A DNA stretch of 64,000 bases from an uncultured virus (IMG/VR IMGVR_UViG_3300005356_000004) (lineage: Duplodnaviria; Heunggongvirae; Uroviricota; Caudoviricetes), in IMG/VR virus record IMGVR_UViG_3300005356_000004; one strand, written 5' to 3'. The position numbers and the translations under genes are program-made. Below the pieces are notes generated by a model. It saw only the letters and a program-made list of their open reading frames with translations. It was not told the DNA's origin and ran no database searches. Of this stretch, positions 9,539 to 18,070 are shown in pieces. Position 1 is the stretch's first letter. Each line of letters opens with the position of its first letter.

Positions 9539-9951
9539 CAGAACTCTCCCTCTTTGGGCTGATAGCCCATCTGGCCGTAGCGCAAGATCCGAATCGGGTC
9601 GGAGTCCACGATCATCCGGATGTCATGCAGGCGCCACTTGATCGACTCGCAGAACGTCTCGTAGTCCACAGACTCGATCGAGCGCACGTCCACGTGGTAC
9701 ATGTCGAGCCAGTTGGCCGCGAAGTCCGCCACCTCCTGACCCAGGAATGTTGTGACATCAACAGGCACGTTGTTGTAGGCGTACCGGAAGATGTTCTTCA
9801 GCGAGATGGTCGACCACTCCCACTCGGCAGGGGACTGGAGTTGCTGCCGTCGCAGTACGCCCTGCGCCTTGTACTTGGGTGTTGTCAGAACACCTTCCAG
9901 GATGACCACGATGGCCGGATTGTCGACCTGTGTCAGATCACCATGTTCCAT
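9538..9951 (-). CDS. hypothetical protein, possibly degenerate HAD-like fold
   Basis: IVVILEGVL resembles HAD motif I without the catalytic Asp; coupled to dnaB. Confidence 0.6.
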   Translation of the reverse strand: MEHGDLTQVDNPAIVVILEGVLTTPKYKAQGVLRRQQLQSPAEWEWSTISLKNIFRYAYNNVPVDVTTFLGQEVADFAANWLDMYHVDVRSIESVDYETFCESIKWRLHDIRMIVDSDPIRILRYGQMGYQPKEGEF

Positions 9952-10501
9952 CGAGGATCACCGTTGCGCTATGGGCGTTCAGCCACTGCTCGAACCCTTC
10001 CGGCACCCGAGCCACCTCGTCGGCCACCGTGACGATGGTCGGCAGCCCGTTCCCCATCCTCGTGTGCATCAATGCCTCCAACAGCCTTCCCTCATGCTCT
10101 GACCCCAACCGACAGATGTCATCAACACAGACCACCGAACAGGTCCGCAGCAGCGAATAGATCGCTGCGTCGTTCTCGTCCGGATCGTACGCCTGGACGG
10201 AGCGCAGGATCTGCTCCAGATCCGGCGAAGTGAACCACGCCCCCGTACGACTCTTGCTGATGAACCAACGCCACACTGCTGTCGCCAGCAACGCCATCGG
10301 GCTTCCGATCGGCCCGATAATCCGCAACGGCTCCGCAGCCGGGCGAGGACGACGCTTCAACACCGGAGAACGCAATGCCCACGACTTGACGAGCGAGATC
10401 ACATCCTCATCGATGCCCGCCTCCCGGCAGCGCTTCATGGTGGCGGTGGCGTACTGCTCCGGCGGCGGGCAGATGATCGACAACTGGCCAGGATCGATCA
10501 C
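9938..10501 (-). CDS. DnaC/IstB-like helicase loader, degenerate P-loop
   Basis: VVCVDDI Walker B and R..NGLPTIVT motif; sits between the initiator-like gene and DnaB. Confidence 0.65.
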   Translation of the reverse strand: MIDPGQLSIICPPPEQYATATMKRCREAGIDEDVISLVKSWALRSPVLKRRPRPAAEPLRIIGPIGSPMALLATAVWRWFISKSRTGAWFTSPDLEQILRSVQAYDPDENDAAIYSLLRTCSVVCVDDICRLGSEHEGRLLEALMHTRMGNGLPTIVTVADEVARVPEGFEQWLNAHSATVILDGTW

Positions 10502-11496
10502 GACGACTCCTTCTGGGTCCGCTGGGCCGCTGCCCGTCTTGCTGCTGTCACATCAGCACGCTCGGCCTTGCCCTCCGGGCTGTGGACGTCGGTCCCCTTC
10601 AAGTACGACGAGCGCCGGGAAGCGTAGGCATCCCACCGACTGGCGTTGCCGGGCACGCCTCCCTGCTTGGCGAAGTTCCGGAAGGACTCGATGATCTGCT
10701 CCTCGCTGAAGCCGCGATCGAGCATCCACTTCAGCAACCCACGCTGAGCGTTGATGTTGGACACGGCCGGGCGGTTGATGTTGGCGGTGATGTTCTCGAA
10801 CTCGTTCGACAGACGCGTGATGGGGTTGCGCGACTCCTTCTTGGGGGCTGGGGGAGGCAACTGGTCCTGGTTGTTGTCACGCCAGTCTGGATCACCTCTC
10901 AACTTCCACCTTCCGCGAGGCTGGGCAGGCTTCTCAACTTCACCGGGTGCACTCCCCCACGGTTCCACCTCGGCCTCCTTGTCTTTGTTGTCACTTCTTC
11001 CCGCGGGCGGCGCAGCCGCCCGCCCGCTTCGCGGGAGTTCAGTCTTCTTCTTTGGTGCACAGGCATACCCTGTCGTAGACAGGGGATCCGCCGCTGGGAG
11101 CGCGGTGGGGACCGCGTTGCTCACCCCCGATATGATGCCATCAACACCCGCATTCCAGACCCATTCGGGGATGGCCCAGCGGGGTCCTCCAGCCCGCTTT
11201 CCAGACAGAGTTGACTCAACCAGACCCATCTTCCGGAGGTCGAGGATGGCATCCCGTACGGCCACCGGTTTGGCCGGGCAGACGGCAGCGATGTCCTCGT
11301 AGGTCATGAACTGGATCTGCCGCGACTGCAAGGTCTCGATCGCGCCGTAGAGCAGATCGAGCACCCGGGCTTGGAGGAGGGTCAGTGGGTACCGGACCGT
11401 AAGAGCCCTGGCCAGACCTATCCCTGCGTAGCCGACCCACCGCCCAGAGAGAGCCCTGTGGATCCCATTGCCAGTTGGTTCAGGTTCGCTGTACAA
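10498..11496 (-). CDS. HTH-containing replication initiator-like protein
   Basis: TTG start at 11496 with AAGGAAGG SD 8 nt upstream; wHTH-like MTYEDIAAVC...VRDAILDLRKMGLVES; directly upstream of the loader and helicase. Confidence 0.65.
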   Translation of the reverse strand: MYSEPEPTGNGIHRALSGRWVGYAGIGLARALTVRYPLTLLQARVLDLLYGAIETLQSRQIQFMTYEDIAAVCPAKPVAVRDAILDLRKMGLVESTLSGKRAGGPRWAIPEWVWNAGVDGIISGVSNAVPTALPAADPLSTTGYACAPKKKTELPRSGRAAAPPAGRSDNKDKEAEVEPWGSAPGEVEKPAQPRGRWKLRGDPDWRDNNQDQLPPPAPKKESRNPITRLSNEFENITANINRPAVSNINAQRGLLKWMLDRGFSEEQIIESFRNFAKQGGVPGNASRWDAYASRRSSYLKGTDVHSPEGKAERADVTAARRAAAQRTQKESS

Positions 11497-11497
11497 T
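11468..11497 (+). promoter_or_regulatory. strong sigma70-type promoter overlapping the start of the initiator-like gene, on the opposite strand
   Basis: TTGCCA(11468-73)-18 nt-TACAAT(11492-97). Confidence 0.7.
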
Positions 11498-11502
11498 GCG
11501 AT

Positions 11503-11566
11503 CGCCTTCCTTCGCAGTGGATGGGCGCTGACCCCCCGGCCTGACAAGCCGGGGGGTCCTTCGTTG
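11503..11566 (+). ncRNA. candidate ~60-nt cis-antisense small RNA
   Basis: Bounded by the promoter above and an 11-bp terminator hairpin; no ORF; covers the initiator SD on the opposite strand. Confidence 0.45.
11530..11566 (+). terminator. intrinsic terminator-like hairpin
   Basis: GACCCCCCGGC-ctgacaa-GCCGGGGGGTC followed by CTTCGTTG. Confidence 0.65.
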
Positions 11567-11638
11567 TGCTGTGAGGGGCGACTGTACACCCACCTTGGCC
11601 GGTGGCGAGACCTAAGGTTCCGATGCGGGAGGTACGCC

Positions 11639-11824
11639 ATGAGCCCGCACCAGGCAACGCTTCACACCCGCCACGACCATCATCCCGCCGGAGAGCCCGC
11701 GGTCCACATCGTGTGCCTCTGCGGGTGGTCGCTGACCGTCGAGGGCTACTCCATCGACACGGCCAACATGTGCTTCCATCAGCATGTCACGAGGCCGGAG
11801 GGAGCGCCTACCGTGTCTCCGTGA
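11639..11824 (+). CDS. small His/Cys-rich hypothetical protein
   Basis: GGGAGGT SD then ATG; CxCGW...H..H pattern. Confidence 0.5.
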   Translation: MSPHQATLHTRHDHHPAGEPAVHIVCLCGWSLTVEGYSIDTANMCFHQHVTRPEGAPTVSP

Positions 11825-12278
11825 GACGGCAGATCACCCCGGCGCCGTGCAACTTGCTCATGATCCCGGCCCATGTGTCCGACTTGGTGAAGTGCACGTC
11901 GTAGTTGATGACACCATGGTCCTTCACGTTGCACATCGTCTCCAGGATCCTGGCCTGGCTTGATGTCATCAGCCGGGCCATCTCCCGAGACGTCCAGGAC
12001 ACGTGTGTGCTCCCGAACTTGGTGTGCAGCCGAGGCTCGTTCCAGTAGTGCCCGGCAGCCAGCAGCCGCAAGATCCGCTGCGCCTGGTCGTAGGTGCGCT
12101 CCTGCTCAGCCAGCAACCTCTCGCGGTAGGCGTCGAAGCGCTCCTGGATGTCAGCCGGGAGCCGACCATCGGCATCCTCCAGGATCTGGAAGGTCTCCAC
12201 CTTGTCTGGTGGCTCAGTCGGGCGACCATTCACGTACTGCGGGAGGACGTACACGCTCTGAGGCCGACGACGAGACAC
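11808..12278 (-). CDS. hypothetical protein
   Basis: AAGGAG SD upstream of the GTG; coding-like composition. Confidence 0.6.
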   Translation of the reverse strand: MSRRRPQSVYVLPQYVNGRPTEPPDKVETFQILEDADGRLPADIQERFDAYRERLLAEQERTYDQAQRILRLLAAGHYWNEPRLHTKFGSTHVSWTSREMARLMTSSQARILETMCNVKDHGVINYDVHFTKSDTWAGIMSKLHGAGVICRLTETR

Positions 12279-12317
12279 AAAGGCTCCTTGATGTCATTGA
12301 CATTGACAATGGAAGCA

Positions 12318-12347
12318 AGGAGGCCCCCTTCGAGAAGGGGGCCTCCT
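12318..12347. terminator. intrinsic terminator hairpin
   Basis: AGGAGGCCCCCTTC-ga-GAAGGGGGCCTCCT just after the stop of the 12353-12796 gene. Confidence 0.75.
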
Positions 12348-12352
12348 GCGGT

Positions 12353-12796
12353 TCAAGCCGGGGCGGCGACGTGTCGGGTGGGCTCCCGACGATCCGAGCG
12401 ATGGAGGGCGTTGTTGCCCTTTCCGGAGCGCTTGTTGCTGCCCATCTTGGAACCCCTCCGGGAGCCGAGTGGTCGCTGGGTGGGCGGAATCAACGTCACC
12501 CGGAACCCACAAGGGAACTGCCCGCTCTCATCGAAGGTCCGGATGAGCGCCCGCTCGTTGCTCGGGATCTCGTACCGGACCTTCACGTTGGGGTTCTTGC
12601 TGAAGACCACGACGGCGATGGTGGCCCCGATGCTGACACTCAGGATTCCTCGCTCGCGCCGCAGTCGTTGAGCAATGGCACACGCTGTCGGATCCTTCGG
12701 TGACGCCTTGGCGTTGTCCTGGGCTCCTATAGCGACGGACAGGGGCTTCGTGGCGTCGACGTACACCACACCCTTGCTGATCTGCCTGCTACCCAT
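12353..12796 (-). CDS. basic hypothetical protein
   Basis: GAGGA SD then MGSRQ; DPTACAIA motif; followed by a terminator. Confidence 0.65.
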   Translation of the reverse strand: MGSRQISKGVVYVDATKPLSVAIGAQDNAKASPKDPTACAIAQRLRRERGILSVSIGATIAVVVFSKNPNVKVRYEIPSNERALIRTFDESGQFPCGFRVTLIPPTQRPLGSRRGSKMGSNKRSGKGNNALHRSDRREPTRHVAAPA

Positions 12797-12905
12797 AGTT
12801 ATCCTCTCGTTGGTGGAGTGGCCACACGGTACACGCGGCATACGCTATCGTCAAACAATCGGAATCCTGATAACGTAGTGGCGTGACCACAACCAGTGAA
12901 CCCAC

Positions 12906-13163
12906 GTGACTGTCCTCATCGCTGCCGGAAGCACCTTCGTCATCGTCAAGGCGATCCGGTATGTTGTGACAGCAGCACCCTCGTGGTTCTTCTTCCTGCT
13001 GTCGGTGGCAACAAGCACTCTGTGTGCCTGGTTGATCGTCAAAGAACCACTGTGGGCGTTGGGTGTGACGGCCGTCACACACTTTCTGTTCCGAGCGGAC
13101 GTGCTGTTGCAGGCCGCGGCCGACTGGGTTAGGGTTTCGGTTCTACAGAAAGCCCGACGCTAG
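12906..13163 (+). CDS. small membrane protein (holin-like candidate)
   Basis: 85 aa with 2-3 hydrophobic segments and a basic C-terminus. Confidence 0.5.
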   Translation: MTVLIAAGSTFVIVKAIRYVVTAAPSWFFFLLSVATSTLCAWLIVKEPLWALGVTAVTHFLFRADVLLQAAADWVRVSVLQKARR

Positions 13164-13171
13164 GAGCCACA

Positions 13172-14083
13172 TTGCTGTACGTCATCGCCGGAGATGGTTC
13201 CGGCAACAAGACCGAGATTGTCGCTTCACTGAACGATCTCCGTGAAGCGGCTGCGATGAAGGACGCCGAGTTCTGGCTGATCTTCGTCGGCAAGGACGAG
13301 CCCACCAAGACCGATGGTGTCATCATCAACTGGGCCTCGGAGAACGGGGTCTGGTTCGAGGTGATCCACTCCGACGAAGACGTCACCGCTGAGGATGGCC
13401 CCTACGCCGGAGGCCAGAAGGTCCACGTCGTCAAGGACGGCTACCGCAAAGCCCTCGGCATGCTCACCAAGGCCGAGGAGGACGTCGCCATCCTGGCGCT
13501 GCCGATCAACGCCGAGGAGAGCGTCGAGGAGGACGCCGACCTGTTCTCGTTCCTGGAGCGGGCCATGGATGCCCAGATCAACGTGCTCCTGTTGAACAAC
13601 CAGTTGGCCGAACTCGAACTCGAAAGCGGCGACGAGGAGGAAGCCGAAGAAGAAGCCGAAGAAGAGGACGAGGACGAGGAGTCCGAAGACGAAGACGAGG
13701 ATGACGAGGAAGACGAAGACGAGGAGGAAGAGGCCGAAGACGAGGAGGAGGCCGAGGAGGCCGAAGCCGAGGAGCCGGTCTTCACGAAGGCCTACCTCAA
13801 CAAGATGTCGACCCTCGAACTCCAGAGCCTCGCCAAGGGTCAGAAGATCGACATCCGCGGCCTCGGCAAGAAGGATCTCGTCACCGCGCTGGTCAACCTG
13901 GCCAACGGCGAGGTCGTGGTGGGTGCCGAGCCCGCCACCAAGGCCCCTCGCAGCCGCAAGGCGGCGGCACCCAAGGCGGCAGCGCCCGTCGAGGGCGTGT
14001 ATGCCCTCGTGGTGGTCCACGTCAGCGGCATGATCTACACCCGCACGCTGCCGGTTGACGACGCTCTGGCTCTCATCGCCTGA
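13172..14083 (+). CDS. highly acidic protein with Asp/Glu tract and Rho-N/HeH-like helical module
   Basis: AGGAG SD plus TTG; ~50-residue D/E tract; ELQSLAKGQKIDIRGLGKKDLVTAL. Confidence 0.75.
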   Translation: MLYVIAGDGSGNKTEIVASLNDLREAAAMKDAEFWLIFVGKDEPTKTDGVIINWASENGVWFEVIHSDEDVTAEDGPYAGGQKVHVVKDGYRKALGMLTKAEEDVAILALPINAEESVEEDADLFSFLERAMDAQINVLLLNNQLAELELESGDEEEAEEEAEEEDEDEESEDEDEDDEEDEDEEEEAEDEEEAEEAEAEEPVFTKAYLNKMSTLELQSLAKGQKIDIRGLGKKDLVTALVNLANGEVVVGAEPATKAPRSRKAAAPKAAAPVEGVYALVVVHVSGMIYTRTLPVDDALALIA

Positions 14084-14167
14084 CTTGTCGGATACAACAC
14101 AGTCCGGTAGAGTGGTCCTCACCGGCCTTGGGTTGGTTGCCTCTGTGGTGGAGGCAGGGAGAACTGA

Positions 14168-14207
14168 GAAGGCCCCGGAGTCCCTCGACCCGGGGCCTTC
14201 CTTTGTT
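14168..14207. terminator. terminator between convergent transcription units
   Basis: GAAGGCCCCGG...CCGGGGCCTTC followed by CTTTGTT. Confidence 0.75.
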
Positions 14208-14222
14208 GTCAGTGTCAATGCG

Positions 14223-14861
14223 TCAGGCAGCGATCATCGCCAGGTTGTGGTCGTGCTGCTCCGGCACCGTGATCAGCCGGTCGTAGATCGCCAGATGGGC
14301 GACCTCGGTGGTCGTCGGACAGGATTGTGTCAGCGAAGGGCTTGTGCCCAGGAAGATCCGGTCCGTGGCCACCGGTGTCGGCTTGACACCAGTCGGAGCG
14401 GTCGACGCCCCGTTGCTCAGGACCTCGTTGATGTAGATGTTCGGAGCCGCCACCGCCACCGCCTGGGTCTGGAGCACGACATACTGCCAGGTGCTCAACG
14501 CCAGCGCCGCGCTGGCCGTGCGGTTCGCCCAGAAGGCCCCGGCCTGGTTATAGAGGTTGAACGACACGAATCTGCTGGCGTCAACAGTGACCGTCCAACG
14601 GACCTGCCCGGAGAGTATGCCGCACGAGACGATGGTCGAAGCGGTGCCCGCCGTCATCTTGATCCAGAACTCGGCGGTGTGCTCGGTGTTGTGGAAGTCG
14701 TAGATGGCTCCACAGATGGAGGATGTCTCAGCAATCGAGCCGTCACCGTGGACAGCGTTGTCACCGTTGGGCAGCACCGCTGAGTCGATCGTCCAATCGA
14801 CGGTGTTGGCGATCGCGAGGTGCCGAGCACCCACGGCGTAGTCGGTGAAGGTATTGGGCAT
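14223..14861 (-). CDS. LamG/concanavalin-A-like domain protein (probable receptor-binding component)
   Basis: TAEFWIK, TWQYVV, IYINEV and EVAHLAIYDRLIT...H motifs typical of Laminin_G_3. Confidence 0.75.
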   Translation of the reverse strand: MPNTFTDYAVGARHLAIANTVDWTIDSAVLPNGDNAVHGDGSIAETSSICGAIYDFHNTEHTAEFWIKMTAGTASTIVSCGILSGQVRWTVTVDASRFVSFNLYNQAGAFWANRTASAALALSTWQYVVLQTQAVAVAAPNIYINEVLSNGASTAPTGVKPTPVATDRIFLGTSPSLTQSCPTTTEVAHLAIYDRLITVPEQHDHNLAMIAA

Positions 14862-14873
14862 TGAGGTCTCCTA

Positions 14874-17800
14874 CTAGGTCCACGCGATCAACACTTCACC
14901 GTGACCCTGGATCCCACCACCACTTGTATGTGTAACCAGGCTCACGCCACTGCTCGACTTGAAGTACGACGAACCACCACCGCCGCCACCTTCACCACCG
15001 CTGAGATCGTTTCCTCCACCCCCACCGCCCCACCAGCCAGCGCCAGCACCACCGGGGTAGCCGCTGAGGGCGTAACCACCAGAGGAGCCACCCACACCCT
15101 GTGTGCCTGCTGCACCCGGAACACCGCCTCCACCGGCAGCACCACCGGCAGACTGCGTGCCACCTCCACCTTCCAGCCCAGCAGGGCCACCACCGGCAGC
15201 GCCCGTGGGATACCCACCGACACCACCGGGACTGCCCTGCCCCATACCTCCACCACCAGCGGCAATCACGAGCGCGTCAGCCACTGCGTACGGAGCAGCC
15301 CGGACATCGGACATCCCGCCGCCACCGCCTGATGTGTTTACAGGAGCAGTGCTCTTGACCGAGCCGTTGCCACCGCCGTTCCAACCCCCAGCCGCTGAGT
15401 TGGTCGAGTCATCCGCTATACCGGCACCACCGACGTTGACTTGGAAGATCTGCCCTGCTGTCACCGGAACCGTACATTGGATGAGGCCACCCTTGGCTCC
15501 CTGACCAAGGCCATTCTTGTAACCAGCACCAGCAGCACCTTTGGCCGTGACCGTGAGCGTGGTTGCACCCGCTGGCACCGCAAAGTACTGCGGCCCACCC
15601 GTGTAGGCGAAGGTCACCGGAGAGGTTGGAACCGTCCACTCGATGATGACGGTCGCTCCGAACCCAGCCGGTCCACCGCCATCCGTTCCTTCGAGGAACA
15701 CCGCTGATGCATGTACACGTGACGAACCACCGCCACCACCACTGCTGCCGACACCAACGGCTGCGTTGCCGCCGCCGCCGCCTTGCCAGCCGCCACCGCC
15801 GCCACCGCCGTAGCGGGTACCGGAGGCCTGGTAGCCGGAGCCACCTTGGCCGAAGGCGGCGTCACCGTTGCCACCGGTACCCGCAGCCGTCTGGGTACCG
15901 CCCGTGCCACCGCCGATCCCACCCGTGCCAGTGCCATCCTGGCCCACCGTGACACCGCCGATACCACCCCCACCGCTTGCACCTGGTGACCCGCCACCAG
16001 CAGCCACCAGGAGCCGATCGTTGAGGCTGTAGGGCGTACGACGGATGTCGCTGGAAGCACCACCTGCTCCACCAGTACCACCAGGGTTGGGATCGTGACC
16101 ACCGAGACCACCGTCAGGCCAACCGACTGACGGCGTGGAGCGTCCATGACCGACACCGCAGCCACCGACCTGGATCTGGATGACTTCCAAGGGCGTCACC
16201 GGGACAAGGGCCTTGATGTAGGCACCACGAGGACCGTTGCCAGCGCTCGGCTCTGCTCCGGCTCCACCAGCACCACCGGTCATGGTGACAGTGAGGCTGG
16301 TGACACCAACAGGCACCGTGAAGTACTGCATGGCGCCCGTATAGACGAAGGTGTGCGGCGAACCCATGTCGTCCAACTTCCAGTACGACAGAGGTGTATC
16401 CGACAACACCGAAGCGGCGTATGAGGGATAGGTGACCGGGTCCTTGCTACCCAATGGCCAGTAGTCGATCGGGAGCCCTTCGGTCCGGATCAAGGTGAAG
16501 TAGTCAGCAGGTGCCACATAAGTCTTCGCGCCCAACGTCCAGTACGACAGTGGGTTGTCCGCCATCACCACGGTGAAGTACGAGTCCGGGTCCACCAGGG
16601 TGGTGATGGTGTCAGTGGCATGGTCGGACTCACCGATGCCCACCACACCCCAGACCTCGATGGTGTGATCAGCACCAGGGGTAAGCGTCATGGTGGTGTA
16701 CTCGACGGTATCCGGTGGCAGTTCCACAGGAGTCCCACCGTCGATGCTCACCCAGAGGCTGTCGTACACGGTGTCCGGCGGGATCTCCCACGTCCAGGTG
16801 GCAGTGTCCGTGGTGATGGAACCAGGCACCACGGCCAGCGACATCGGTGGGGGCGGGGCCAGGATCGGATCCTCCCAGTCCTTCACCGGGTGGTTGGTGT
16901 CCTTGGGGTCGAGGTGGTCATAGATCACCTCGTACCGGGCGCCCTCGGGGATCCACTGCTTGATCAGACCGTTCTCCCCGAACATGCGCTCATGGGCCAC
17001 GCCGCGGTTGTTGTAGAAGAACGAGTACGAGGCGTGCGAGGTGCTGTGCCACAGGAAGTCGTCCGGGAACGAGTGCAGCGAGTCGCCGTCGAAGTAGTCG
17101 AAGTCGGCGTACCCTGTTGACCACAACACATCGTCAATGTCAATGGGTCCGTCTACTAAGAATGACAGCGCCGAGCGTGCCGCCCGGTCAGCCACCGGGA
17201 TGTACTGCCGCAGTGAGATCCACGACGCCTGCCCGACCGGGGACTCCGGAAGTGCGACGACCGAGGACAAGACCTGCGAGCGCTGGCCGTCCTCGTCGTA
17301 CATCGTCACCTTGGCCTGGAAGGTCGTGGCACCCTGGGAGCGCACCTTCAGCGCCACCGTGGTCATCCCGTTGGGGATCGGCACCAGCAGGGACTGGATC
17401 TCGCCTCCGGCGTCGGTGCGGAGGAACGAGAGATCGCCTTCAACCTCACGGGTCATCACCGCGTTGGCACGCCAGCCGAACAGCGAGCCGAAGAAGGTCG
17501 GGTTGGGGATCCAGTTGATCCGCTGCGGGTAGAGGTAGATCTTGGTGACTCGGGACGGCGCCCAGTCCATCGGGCCGAACTGGATCAAGGTGGCGAACCA
17601 GGCCGGTCCAGCCACAGGCGTCGCCGTCAGGTACGAGAACAGCCGTGTGTCCACATCACCATCGGGCTCCCGTGGTGACGACAGGATCGTCCCCGGGTAC
17701 CACACGTCATTGACTTCCAGGATGTAGATCCACGGGTTGGTTACACCACCAACCGTGCCCACGTAGTAGAAGGCAACGGCCTCGACGTACACCGGGTTCG

Positions 17801-18068
17801 TGTTGTCGAACTCGAAGTTGCCGATCGAGCGGATCGTGGTCACCCCAGTGGTACCGTCAACAGTGGCCGCGTAGTCAGCCGGTGGTGCGAGACCACCTGG
17901 TGTGTAGCCGTAACCATAGACCTCCTGGATGCCGTCCTGGTCCAGCAGGTCATCGATCGAGCCATCGGCTGGCCCAAGTGCCTGATGCAGCAAGACGGCG
18001 CCCAGCGTTCCTGATACCGGAAGCGGTGTGGCTCCCACATCGTTGAGGAAGGTGTTGTTCCAGGTCAT
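14874..18068 (-). CDS. tail fibre/baseplate-associated protein with FN3 domain and two glycine-rich domains
   Basis: N-terminal INWIPNPTF carbohydrate-binding-like module and YFDGD motif; FN3-like segment; two TFxYTG.QYFxVPxG...GGGG repeats. Confidence 0.85.
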   Translation of the reverse strand: MTWNNTFLNDVGATPLPVSGTLGAVLLHQALGPADGSIDDLLDQDGIQEVYGYGYTPGGLAPPADYAATVDGTTGVTTIRSIGNFEFDNTNPVYVEAVAFYYVGTVGGVTNPWIYILEVNDVWYPGTILSSPREPDGDVDTRLFSYLTATPVAGPAWFATLIQFGPMDWAPSRVTKIYLYPQRINWIPNPTFFGSLFGWRANAVMTREVEGDLSFLRTDAGGEIQSLLVPIPNGMTTVALKVRSQGATTFQAKVTMYDEDGQRSQVLSSVVALPESPVGQASWISLRQYIPVADRAARSALSFLVDGPIDIDDVLWSTGYADFDYFDGDSLHSFPDDFLWHSTSHASYSFFYNNRGVAHERMFGENGLIKQWIPEGARYEVIYDHLDPKDTNHPVKDWEDPILAPPPPMSLAVVPGSITTDTATWTWEIPPDTVYDSLWVSIDGGTPVELPPDTVEYTTMTLTPGADHTIEVWGVVGIGESDHATDTITTLVDPDSYFTVVMADNPLSYWTLGAKTYVAPADYFTLIRTEGLPIDYWPLGSKDPVTYPSYAASVLSDTPLSYWKLDDMGSPHTFVYTGAMQYFTVPVGVTSLTVTMTGGAGGAGAEPSAGNGPRGAYIKALVPVTPLEVIQIQVGGCGVGHGRSTPSVGWPDGGLGGHDPNPGGTGGAGGASSDIRRTPYSLNDRLLVAAGGGSPGASGGGGIGGVTVGQDGTGTGGIGGGTGGTQTAAGTGGNGDAAFGQGGSGYQASGTRYGGGGGGGWQGGGGGNAAVGVGSSGGGGGSSRVHASAVFLEGTDGGGPAGFGATVIIEWTVPTSPVTFAYTGGPQYFAVPAGATTLTVTAKGAAGAGYKNGLGQGAKGGLIQCTVPVTAGQIFQVNVGGAGIADDSTNSAAGGWNGGGNGSVKSTAPVNTSGGGGGMSDVRAAPYAVADALVIAAGGGGMGQGSPGGVGGYPTGAAGGGPAGLEGGGGTQSAGGAAGGGGVPGAAGTQGVGGSSGGYALSGYPGGAGAGWWGGGGGGNDLSGGEGGGGGGSSYFKSSSGVSLVTHTSGGGIQGHGEVLIAWT

Positions 18069-18070
18069 GG

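Noticed and set aside
14874..16360. Two glycine-rich domains as a DGR template/variable pair or shufflon
   Set aside because: The copies differ throughout rather than only at adenines, and no reverse transcriptase or invertase is present in the window.
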